DNA of 32,000 nucleotides, taken from contig JACNKZ010000029.1 of NCBI GenBank assembly GCA_014381785.1, positions 55,107 through 87,106 of the forward strand, written 5' to 3'. A program made the translations under genes and the position numbers. Of this stretch, positions 1-8,135 are shown piece by piece. The DNA is from Kiritimatiellota bacterium (GTDB taxonomy: Bacteria > Verrucomicrobiota > Kiritimatiellia > Kiritimatiellales > Tichowtungiaceae). The notes beneath the pieces are model-generated. The model was not told the origin of the DNA. It did no database searches and was given only the letters and a program-made list of their open reading frames with translations. How positions within the stretch are numbered: the stretch's first letter is position 1; each line of letters begins with the position of its first letter.

Positions 1-2
1 AT

Positions 3-122
3 GAGTATGCCGAGGGCGGGCGGGGACTCGCCATCACCAACATTGCCGCGGATTCTGTTGAGCGCTATAGACGCGATTCTAAGAATGTTGTAAGCTACCT
101 TTTCAGGGGACAGTCTGACTAA
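3..122 (+). CDS. 3' end of an unidentified CDS entering from the left window edge
   Basis: Frame 3 is open from the window edge to TAA 120-122 (...EYAEGGRGLAITNIAADSVERYRRDSKNVVSYLFRGQSD*). Its stop overlaps the ATG of the next small ORF (TAATG). Only 39 codons are visible, so the product cannot be identified. Confidence 0.25.
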   Translation, partial: EYAEGGRGLAITNIAADSVERYRRDSKNVVSYLFRGQSD

Positions 123-238
123 TGAATGAATCAGTATATCAGGCACGGCTTGAGCTGTTTAAAACGCTGAATCTACCTGTCTCAAGGGCGGATATGAAAC
201 GCCTGCGCTGGCGTCAGCGTAGCCGCCTGCTGCTGTGA
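122..238 (+). CDS. hypothetical 38-aa basic peptide (uncertain whether translated)
   Basis: ATG 122 to TGA 236-238: MNESVYQARLELFKTLNLPVSRADMKRLRWRQRSRLLL*. The start overlaps the upstream stop (TAATG). It is in the same frame as the downstream sugar transferase, separated from it by the TGA. No recognisable motif. Confidence 0.2.
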   Translation: MNESVYQARLELFKTLNLPVSRADMKRLRWRQRSRLLL

Positions 239-247
239 GAAGGGGCG

Positions 248-856
248 TTGAGAAGTCTGCTGGTGATCAAGCGCATCATTGATGTAATCGGCAGCCTGGT
301 GGCGATTGTATTGTTCATGCCGCTTTTCCTGATCACTGCGCTATGCATCGTTATCGAAGACGGCTGGCCGGTTCTGTATGTGCAATCGCGAATAGGCATC
401 AATGGCCGCGTGTTCAATTTCTACAAATTCCGGTCCATGCGCCGGGACGCCGACCGCATCAAAGAAGAGCTGATGAAACAGAACGAATCGAAAGACGGCG
501 TGATTTTTAAAATGAAGCATGATCCCCGTGTAACCCGGGTCGGGCGGTTTATCCGCCGCTTCAGTATTGATGAGACCCCGCAATTTTTCAACGTACTCGC
601 TGGCGACCTCTCACTGGTCGGCCCGCGCCCGCCCATTCCGTCCGAGGTGGCGCAGTACACCCTCGCGGACCGCAAACGACTCCATGTGAAGCCGGGCCTG
701 ACCTGCCTGTGGCAGGTCGAGGGCCGCTCCGAAATCCCTTTTGATCAGCAGGTGCATCTGGATATGGAATATATCCATAGTCGGAGCCTCTGGACTGATA
801 TTCGAATTATGTTTAGAACAATTCCTGCGGTTCTGCTGGGCCGCGGAGCCTATTAA
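248..856 (+). CDS. small monotopic polyprenyl-phosphate phosphoglycosyl transferase (Bac_transf / PglC-WbaP C-terminal type)
   Basis: 202-aa ORF with TTG start at 248 (GTG 263 is an alternative; an in-frame TGA lies at 236). It has an N-terminal re-entrant helix (KRIIDVIGSLVAIVLFMPLFLITALCIVI), KFRSM, HDPRVTRVGRFIRRFSIDETPQ (Asp-Glu dyad) and LSLVGPRPP. These are the hallmark motifs of bacterial sugar transferases. Confidence 0.9.
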   Translation: MRSLLVIKRIIDVIGSLVAIVLFMPLFLITALCIVIEDGWPVLYVQSRIGINGRVFNFYKFRSMRRDADRIKEELMKQNESKDGVIFKMKHDPRVTRVGRFIRRFSIDETPQFFNVLAGDLSLVGPRPPIPSEVAQYTLADRKRLHVKPGLTCLWQVEGRSEIPFDQQVHLDMEYIHSRSLWTDIRIMFRTIPAVLLGRGAY

Positions 857-870
857 AAGGAGAAGAGAAA

Positions 871-1215
871 ATGAGTGTTACCTGTACAAACGAAAACGGC
901 ACCGGAATCATCAACCTGTCCGGACCCCTCACTGCCGCAACAGTTGAAGCGTTCCGCGAACAGCTTACCGCATGGCAGGCCGGCGAGCCCGATGTGAAAA
1001 ACTTTGTATTTGATCTGTCCGCCGTGGACTTCATGGATAGTGCCGGTCTCGGCGCGCTGATTGCGGCGTTGAAACGCATTACCGAGCGCGGCGGCGACAT
1101 GAAGCTGGCCTGCTTGCAGAAAAAACCCCGTATGGTCTTCGAAATCACCCGCGCCTACAAAGTGTTCGAGATCTACGACACAGTCGAAGAAGCCGTTAAA
1201 GTCGCCGGCGCATAG
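871..1215 (+). CDS. single-domain STAS protein (SpoIIAA/RsbV-like anti-sigma-factor antagonist)
   Basis: AAGGAG RBS 8 nt upstream of ATG 871. The 114-aa protein carries DLSAVDFMDSAGLGALI, the STAS signature with the conserved Ser in a DSxG context. Length is typical of stand-alone STAS proteins. Confidence 0.85.
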   Translation: MSVTCTNENGTGIINLSGPLTAATVEAFREQLTAWQAGEPDVKNFVFDLSAVDFMDSAGLGALIAALKRITERGGDMKLACLQKKPRMVFEITRAYKVFEIYDTVEEAVKVAGA

Positions 1216-1238
1216 GCGCATGGGGTTGTGACGGCTTG

Positions 1239-2669
1239 ATGAAGGCAGTATTCTATACCGGCGGTAAAAAGCCGTGGGCCGATGAGATGGGCAACCGGCC
1301 CTGGGCGTTACTGCCGGTCGGAGGCCATCCCCTGTTGAGTTATTGGCTCGAGCTGTGCGTCGATCTCGGCATCAATGACGTTCAGATCGTTTTGGGGCAG
1401 GATGCTGAGTACATTGAGCTGTTCTGCGGAGACGGCGGGCAATGGGGGCTGAACATCGACTACAGCTTCATCTTTCCGGATGATTCGCCGCAGGACTATC
1501 TCGCCCGCGACCCGCTTCGCTGGAGCGAAGGGCTTTTCTTTTTGAGTGATGCTCTATTCCCCCGCCGACTGGAGAACTTCACCCCGGCGGGTCTGAAAGA
1601 GCTGCTTGCCGGATGCTGTGTCAGCAACGAAGACGGCCCCGCGTTTTTCCTCAGCCCAAACAGTGAGGACATCGCCGCATTTATCCAGGACGGCCAATAC
1701 GCTCAGTCAGCCTGCAACCTGCCCGGCAGCATCGGGCTGGACGTCACCTTGATTCGCGACGTGTCCCATTACTACGAGCTCAACATGGCTGTCGTTCACG
1801 GAGAAATGGATCGCTATCTCTCCAGCGGCTATTCCACCGCGGATGGCGCTTCAATCGGTTATAACGTCATCACGCCGTCATCGGTCACCTTCGCGCCGCC
1901 GCTGGCCATTGGGAATAACTGCCGCCTCGGGGCGCTTTGCTCCATCGGTACCGGAACCGTCATCTCCGACCACGTTCTGATCGATCAGCAGTGCGAGCTG
2001 TCGGAATGCATCATCCTCTCCGACACCTACGTCGGCCGGAATCTGGAGATCAAAGGGAAGATTATCGCGGGCAACCGCATCATTGATCCCGAAGACGGAA
2101 CGTATGTCGACATCGAAGATCCATGGCTGATCGCCTCGACCCGCTTACGCAAATCCTTTAGCGACGGGGTGCGCTCCGTGATCGGGCGGGGACTCGCGCT
2201 GCTTCTGATTCTCATTCAAGTGCTCCCCTTCCTGCTTTTGTACGGTTTGATCCGCGCACTCCGCCGCGGATCATTCATTGAAAAATCGGTATGGGGAATG
2301 AACGGCAGGCGCGTCACCACCTTACACTTTGCGGCGACCAAAGTGACGCCCGACCTGCTGATGATCATGTTCTACGGCGCATCGCTCGACCGCTTTCCGA
2401 AACTCATCGACGTACTCTCTGGCAAGCTTTGGCTGTGCGGGCAGGTGCCTCGAGAAAGCGAACCCCGGGCCTACACACTGAGGAACCGCTACTTCCCCGC
2501 GGTGTTCAGCTATTCAGATGCATTTCCGGAGATCGACGAACAGATGGATGCGCTCTACTACGCGCACACCCGCTCGATCATCGCGGACCTGCGGATTCTC
2601 TATCACGCATTCTTCAAGCGTTTTATCGAAGTGGAATCTGTCGCCACCATTACGAACGGATCGGCCTAA
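1239..2669 (+). CDS. membrane fusion protein: nucleotidyltransferase-like N-domain + left-handed beta-helix (hexapeptide) region + degenerate PGT-like C-domain
   Basis: The ORF track starts at TTG 1236; ATG 1239 (MKAVFYTGG...) is the likely start. The N-terminus resembles sugar-nucleotidyltransferases (LLPVGGHPLLSYWLELCVDLGINDVQIVLG...GDGGQWGLNIDYSF) but lacks the GxGTRL loop. The middle has imperfect hexapeptide-like repeats (IGNNCRLGALCSIGTGTVISDHVLIDQQCELSECIILSDTYVGRNLEIKGKIIAGNRII). The C-terminus has a hydrophobic helix (LALLLILIQVLPFLLLYGLIRAL) and LDRFPKLIDVLSGKLWLCGQVP, which parallels LDELPQLxNVLxGDMSLVGPRP. Confidence 0.75.
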   Translation: MKAVFYTGGKKPWADEMGNRPWALLPVGGHPLLSYWLELCVDLGINDVQIVLGQDAEYIELFCGDGGQWGLNIDYSFIFPDDSPQDYLARDPLRWSEGLFFLSDALFPRRLENFTPAGLKELLAGCCVSNEDGPAFFLSPNSEDIAAFIQDGQYAQSACNLPGSIGLDVTLIRDVSHYYELNMAVVHGEMDRYLSSGYSTADGASIGYNVITPSSVTFAPPLAIGNNCRLGALCSIGTGTVISDHVLIDQQCELSECIILSDTYVGRNLEIKGKIIAGNRIIDPEDGTYVDIEDPWLIASTRLRKSFSDGVRSVIGRGLALLLILIQVLPFLLLYGLIRALRRGSFIEKSVWGMNGRRVTTLHFAATKVTPDLLMIMFYGASLDRFPKLIDVLSGKLWLCGQVPRESEPRAYTLRNRYFPAVFSYSDAFPEIDEQMDALYYAHTRSIIADLRILYHAFFKRFIEVESVATITNGSA

Positions 2670-2672
2670 ACG

Positions 2673-2708
2673 TTCCAATGGCGCGTTTCGCGCCACAGGC
2701 GCTTGGAA
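2673..2708. repeat. TTCCAA...TTGGAA palindromic element enclosing a GC hairpin
   Basis: TTCCAA (2673-2678) and TTGGAA (2703-2708) flank the hairpin TGGCGCG-TTT-CGCGCCA (2679-2695). The element lies 4 nt after the stop of the fusion gene. There is no T-tract, so terminator function is uncertain. Confidence 0.6.
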
Positions 2709-2710
2709 GT

Positions 2711-2747
2711 TTGTGAGCCGAATTTTCCAAACATTGGAAACTCACAA
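2711..2747. repeat. nested palindrome carrying the TTTCCAA-N3-TTGGAAA core
   Basis: TTGTGAG-ccgaat-TTTCCAA-aca-TTGGAAA-CTCACAA. The same core is seen at 4353, 10576 and, as variants, at 7467 and 8249. Confidence 0.7.
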
Positions 2748-2802
2748 TCTATTCGCCTTCTCCGTTGGGAAAAGAGACTTTGGCGTCGATGTCGATAAGT
2801 GA

Positions 2803-2827
2803 CCATATATCGTATTACGATATATGG
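2803..2827. repeat. perfect 25-bp AT-rich palindrome
   Basis: CCATATATCGTA-T-TACGATATATGG, two 12-bp perfectly complementary arms around one central T. It sits in the convergent spacer between the fusion gene and the malic enzyme gene. Confidence 0.8.
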
Positions 2828-2856
2828 ACTCCGGCCGAGGCGTGTAGCCGGATTTC

Positions 2857-2888
2857 AACACTCCAATACTCCAGCGATCCACTACTCC
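2857..2888 (-). repeat. tandem octamer array (GGAGTNNN)x4, minus-strand reading
   Basis: The minus strand reads GGAGTAGT GGATCGCT GGAGTATT GGAGTGTT, starting 5 nt after the malic enzyme stop codon. It shares the 14-mer GGAGTATTGGAGTG with the array at 14604. Confidence 0.7.
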
Positions 2889-2893
2889 ATGTC

Positions 2894-4318
<1,425 letters not shown>

Positions 4319-4352
4319 CGTACCGATCCTCCGGCCCCGTACAAGTTCCAAC

Positions 4353-4369
4353 TTTCCAATGTTTGGAAA
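4353..4369. repeat. TTTCCAA-TGT-TTGGAAA palindrome
   Basis: Perfect 7-bp arms with a 3-nt loop, about 35 nt upstream of the malic enzyme start. Identical to the copy at 10576-10592. Confidence 0.7.
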
Positions 4370-4477
4370 TTGATGACGCCAGCGGCGTTACAGGCGGGCG
4401 GATCCCGACTCAAAAAAAAAGACACCCAATTATACGCACCCAACAGCTAAGACCCTCTTCCTAATAAACGCAGTCTC

Positions 4478-4507
4478 AATGATTTTGCTGTCCATGATTT
4501 TGTAAAA
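4478..4507 (+). repeat. ATGATTTTG-word element (copy 1 of 3)
   Basis: AATGATTTTGCTGTCCATGATTTTGTAAAA: two ATGATTTTG words 15 nt apart. It can be read as the 8-codon mini-ORF MILLSMIL* (4479-4505). Related copies lie at 17434-17462 (minus) and 17758-17789 (plus). Confidence 0.7.
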
Positions 4508-4737
4508 CATCTTCTATACAGGGCGTTTTTGGCCAAGGATCGAACTCTCAACGACACAAATCCGAGAAGAACCGGAAAATCGGCCTTTCGCCTTGTCTCC
4601 GTTGGGCGTTTGGGTAAAGTTTGCGGGCAATTTAAAGACGTTAGGCATTGGGCCTTAGACCTTAGGGGCAGGGAATGTTTCAGAGCTCTTCCTAAAGCCT
4701 CAAGTCTAAAGTCCAGGGCCTGTCCAAAGGACAATTT

Positions 4738-6021
4738 ATGAAAGAAGTGAAAATAGGAATTTTGGGGTTCGGCACGGTCGGCGCGGGCGTGGTCGAAGGC
4801 CTTTTGAAAAACGGTGAGCTGATGGCTCAGCGCACCGGCATTCGTCCGGTCGTGGCGAAAATTGCCGATCTGGATATCGAAACGGATCGCGGCGTGGCCG
4901 TGGGCAAGGGCGTCCTGACGACCGATGCGCTGGCCGTGATTGACGATCCGGACATTGATGTGGTGGTCGAGCTGGTTGGCGGCGTGACGTTTGCCAAGGA
5001 GTTTGTGCTGCGCGCGTTGAAAAACGGCAAGCCGGTGGTGACCGCCAATAAGGCGCTGCTGGCCGAAGCGGGCCGCGAGCTGTTCGAAGCCTCCGCAAAG
5101 AGCGGGGCGGGGCTTTACTTCGAAGCCAGCGTCGGCGGCGGAATTCCGGTGCTGCGCGCGCTTAAAGACGGCCTGGTTGGCAATCAGATTCAAAGCATGT
5201 ACGGAATTTTGAACGGAACGTGCAACTACATCCTGACGCGCATGGAGCGCGAGGGGCTCGATTTTGACACGGTACTGGCCGACGCCCAGAGGCTTGGCTA
5301 TGCCGAAACGCCGCCGGACCTGGATATTGACGGTATCGACACCGCCCACAAGGCGGTGCTGCTGGCTTCGCTTGCGTACGGCGCACCGGTTCCGATGGAG
5401 GCGTTCACGATCGAAGGGATCCGCGGGCTGTCGCATCGCGAAATTGAATATGCGGATGAGCTGGGCTATCGCATCAAACTGCTGGCAGTGATCCGCAATG
5501 TGGACGGACAGGTTGAAATGCGCGTCGAGCCTTCTTTTGTGCCGATGGATCACCTGCTGGCATCCGTGAATGATTCGTTCAATGCGGTGTTTGTTGAAGG
5601 GGATGTGGTGGGCGAAACGCTCTACTACGGCCGCGGCGCAGGACGTCTGCCCACTGCCAGTGCAGTGATTGGCGATATTATGGAGGCGGCGGAAGGCAAG
5701 GGCGGGGTGTGCGACTGGCTGCTGCATAACGAGAGTTTGCCGGTGCGCGGCGCCGAGGACATCTCGATCCGCTGCTATTTGCGCCTGTCGTTGAAGGATC
5801 AGCCGGATGTGATTGCAAAGGTCGCGCATGTGCTCGGCAAAAACGACATCAGTATCGCGTCAATTATGCAGAAGGAGCAGAACGCGGGCGAACAGGTTCC
5901 TGTGGTGTTTCTGACGCACAAAGCGCTCGAAAAGAATTTTGCCGCCGCGATGGAGGAGATTGAACTGCTTGATGTGGTCGACGGCAAACCCGTCCGCCTG
6001 GCCATTGAGGACTTTGAGTAA
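4738..6021 (+). CDS. hom: homoserine dehydrogenase
   Basis: AAGGA RBS 6 nt upstream. N-terminal Rossmann motif IGILGFGTVGAGV, then VTANKALLA, EASVGGGIPV, ILNGTCNYILT, and a C-terminal ACT-like region. Length is 427 aa. Confidence 0.93.
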   Translation: MKEVKIGILGFGTVGAGVVEGLLKNGELMAQRTGIRPVVAKIADLDIETDRGVAVGKGVLTTDALAVIDDPDIDVVVELVGGVTFAKEFVLRALKNGKPVVTANKALLAEAGRELFEASAKSGAGLYFEASVGGGIPVLRALKDGLVGNQIQSMYGILNGTCNYILTRMEREGLDFDTVLADAQRLGYAETPPDLDIDGIDTAHKAVLLASLAYGAPVPMEAFTIEGIRGLSHREIEYADELGYRIKLLAVIRNVDGQVEMRVEPSFVPMDHLLASVNDSFNAVFVEGDVVGETLYYGRGAGRLPTASAVIGDIMEAAEGKGGVCDWLLHNESLPVRGAEDISIRCYLRLSLKDQPDVIAKVAHVLGKNDISIASIMQKEQNAGEQVPVVFLTHKALEKNFAAAMEEIELLDVVDGKPVRLAIEDFE

Positions 6022-6027
6022 AAATTA

Positions 6028-6098
6028 ACCACGAAACACACAAAAGACACGAAAGGGGAGTCTGTTTTTATTTTCGTGTGGTTCGTGTATTTCGTGGT
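6028..6098. repeat. long imperfect hairpin built from inverted tandem nonamers (CACGAAANN)x3
   Basis: Left arm 6028-6054 is ACCACGAAACACACAAAAGACACGAAA. Right arm 6072-6098 is TTTCGTGTGGTTCGTGTATTTCGTGGT. 23 of 27 positions are complementary and the loop is 17 nt. It lies between the hom stop (6021) and the aspartate kinase start (6114). Confidence 0.75.
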
Positions 6099-6113
6099 CA
6101 GAAGGATCCAGTT

Positions 6114-7466
6114 ATGAAAGTTGTAAAATTCGGCGGGTCATCCGTCGCCAACGCGGAACAGATTTCTAAAATTATCGGGGTGGTTACCGCCGATGCGGAT
6201 CGCCGTATCGTGGTGGTTTCCGCACCGGGCAAGCGCTGCAAGGACGATACCAAGGTGACCGACCTGCTGATCGCGCTGGCCAATACCGTGCTCGCCGGAA
6301 ATGATTTCGAGAAGGAGCTCAACGCGGTGGTCGACCGCTATGCGGAGATCCAGCGCGAGCTCGATCTGCCCGCGGATGTGGTCGCCGTCATTGAAGCGGA
6401 TCTGCGCGGCCGGATTGCCGGGCGCGGCTCGAATAACCTTCAGTTTATGGACGCCATGAAGGCCGCCGGCGAGGATAACAGCGCCAAGCTGATTGCCGAG
6501 GCGTTCACCAAAGCCGGGTTCCCCGCCAAATACGTCAACCCCGGTGAAGTGGGCATGCTGTTGAGCGACGAGTTCGGCAACGCCGAAGTGCTGCCGGAAT
6601 CCTTTGAAAAGCTGGCCTCACTCAAAGACGCCACTGAAATCCTGATTTTCCCCGGATTTTTCGGTGAAACCAAAGGCGGGGAGGTCGCAACCTTTCCGCG
6701 TGGCGGATCCGACATTACCGGCGCAATTCTCGCGGCGGCGGTGAAAGCCGATGTCTACGAAAACTTTACGGATGTTGATTCGGTTTGCGCGATGGATCCG
6801 CGCGTGATCGATAATCCGCCGGCCATCGAAAGCATGACCTACCGCGAAATGCGCGAGTTGTCGTATGCCGGTTTTGGTGTGTTTCATGACGAAGCCATTA
6901 TTCCGGCCGTGCACGCCGAAATTCCAATTTGCATTAAAAACACCAACAATCCGTCGGCTCCCGGCACGATGGTGGTTCCGAGGCGTACGCCGGAGCATGG
7001 CTCTGTGGTCGGTATTTCCAGTGCGGGCGGCTTCTGTTCGATTTACATCGATAAATATATGATGAATCGCGAAATCGGTTTCGGCCGTCGCCTGCTTCAG
7101 ATTTTGGAAGAGGAGGGAATCTCCTTCGAGCATACGCCATCGGGAATTGACAACGTGTCGGTTATTCTGGCCTCGGCCAACATCAGTAATGAAAAAGAAG
7201 CGTTGGTGGTCAACCGCATTAAAGAAGAGCTGAAGCCCGATAACGTGACGGTCGAGCACGGCCTGGCATTGGTGATGGTGGTGGGTGAGGGTATGCACTA
7301 CACCGCCGGCATGGCCGCCAAAGCCACCGGCGCCTTTCGTGAAGCCGGTGTGAACCTGGAAATGATCAATCAGGGCGCATCTGAAATCAGCATGATGTTC
7401 GCTGTGAAAGATGACGACCGCGAAAAAGCGATCCGCGCCCTCGGCGCCGCCTTCTTCGGAATTTAA
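6114..7466 (+). CDS. lysC: aspartate kinase (monofunctional, ~450 aa class with C-terminal ACT domains)
   Basis: The ORF track starts at 6078. ATG 6114 (MKVVKFGGSSVANAEQ...) has GAAGGA 7 nt upstream and gives the canonical KFGGSS N-terminus. Other motifs: VVVSAPGK, GGSDITGA, and a C-terminal ACT region ending REKAIRALGAAFFGI. Confidence 0.9.
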   Translation: MKVVKFGGSSVANAEQISKIIGVVTADADRRIVVVSAPGKRCKDDTKVTDLLIALANTVLAGNDFEKELNAVVDRYAEIQRELDLPADVVAVIEADLRGRIAGRGSNNLQFMDAMKAAGEDNSAKLIAEAFTKAGFPAKYVNPGEVGMLLSDEFGNAEVLPESFEKLASLKDATEILIFPGFFGETKGGEVATFPRGGSDITGAILAAAVKADVYENFTDVDSVCAMDPRVIDNPPAIESMTYREMRELSYAGFGVFHDEAIIPAVHAEIPICIKNTNNPSAPGTMVVPRRTPEHGSVVGISSAGGFCSIYIDKYMMNREIGFGRRLLQILEEEGISFEHTPSGIDNVSVILASANISNEKEALVVNRIKEELKPDNVTVEHGLALVMVVGEGMHYTAGMAAKATGAFREAGVNLEMINQGASEISMMFAVKDDDREKAIRALGAAFFGI

Positions 7467-7485
7467 TTTTCCACACATTGGAAAA
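7467..7485. repeat. TTTTCCA-CACAT-TGGAAAA palindrome (variant of the TTTCCAA/TTGGAAA family)
   Basis: 7-bp arms with a 5-nt loop, immediately after the aspartate kinase stop codon. A half-site, ACATTGGAAAAAC, recurs at 7557-7569. Confidence 0.6.
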
Positions 7486-7487
7486 AC

Positions 7488-7509
7488 AATCGGGTGCAGG
7501 TTTTTCTAA
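7488..7509 (+). repeat. 22-bp direct repeat, left copy
   Basis: AATCGGGTGCAGGTTTTTCTAA, identical to 8136-8157. Confidence 0.85.
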
Positions 7510-7601
7510 ACACCTGTGGTGAGCGTGCCTGTCTTGAGTAGCGCCGAACGGTCGAAACATTGGAAAAACGGCTCTTTCCCAAAAACCGAGTGTGATGGAT
7601 T

Positions 7602-7620
7602 TTTGACCGGATAACAGGAT
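7602..7620 (+). repeat. 19-bp inverted repeat, left arm
   Basis: TTTGACCGGATAACAGGAT. Its perfect reverse complement is at 8076-8094. Weaker complementarity continues for about 10 nt inward. Confidence 0.85.
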
Positions 7621-7634
7621 CATCCGGATCAGGG

Positions 7635-8024
7635 CTAATCTTGTTGATCAAGTTTCTTTAAATCTCGCACTTTCCGCTTCACCTCCACCTTGGTCGCAGA
7701 AAAATTAAGAATTAACCCTATCTCTTTATGAGTTGCGGCTAGGTAATTCACTACTTGAATCTCGTGGGCGCGAACAATTCGTGTAACCGATTTCAGTTCG
7801 AGAATAATAATTCCTTCTACAAGAATATCTGCAAAAAACTCTCCAACGATCTCGTCGTTGTATTCAACACGGATCGGCACCTGTGACTCTGCCGCCAGCC
7901 CCGCCTTCTTTAACTCAATCATCAGACACTTCTCATATATAGATTCCAAAAAACCAAAACCCATTTTGTTATATACCTGATATGCGCATCCGATGATTTT
8001 TTCTATCAGTTCTTTATGTTCCAT
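7635..8024 (-). CDS. GxxExxY family protein (PD-(D/E)XK nuclease-like fold)
   Basis: The motif GFGFLESIYEKCL contains GxxExxY. ADILVEGIIILELK provides the D...ExK signature. The ORF track starts at 8036; ATG 8024 (MEHKELIEK...) has GGAGG 5 nt upstream. GC is lower than in neighbouring genes. Confidence 0.85.
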   Translation of the reverse strand: MEHKELIEKIIGCAYQVYNKMGFGFLESIYEKCLMIELKKAGLAAESQVPIRVEYNDEIVGEFFADILVEGIIILELKSVTRIVRAHEIQVVNYLAATHKEIGLILNFSATKVEVKRKVRDLKKLDQQD

Positions 8025-8075
8025 GCGGGCCTCCATTTGGCTGTGATGTTTCTTCTGATTTACTGGATCCTGAAC

Positions 8076-8094
8076 ATCCTGTTATCCGGTCAAA
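8076..8094 (-). repeat. 19-bp inverted repeat, right arm
   Basis: ATCCTGTTATCCGGTCAAA is the reverse complement of 7602-7620. Confidence 0.85.
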
Positions 8095-8135
8095 GTCTAG
8101 CCGCACTCAAGAAAACAGAGAATGACCCGGGAGAT

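Noticed and set aside
4353-4369. TTTCCAA/TTGGAAA palindromes as sigma-54 promoters
   Set aside because: TTGGAA superficially resembles a -24 GG element. However, no TGGCAC-N5-TTGC spacing or -12 GC element follows, and several copies lie downstream of genes rather than upstream.
4447-5829. 460-aa minus-strand ORF overlapping homoserine dehydrogenase
   Set aside because: It is antisense to a gene with unmistakable Hom motifs. The translation is Arg/His/Ala/Gln-rich low-complexity sequence, typical of the reverse frame of GC-rich genes, and has no recognisable motif.
6618-7478. 286-aa minus-strand ORF overlapping aspartate kinase
   Set aside because: Antisense shadow ORF. Its N-terminus (MCGKLNSEEGGAEGA...) is just the reverse translation of the lysC C-terminus plus the palindromic repeat.
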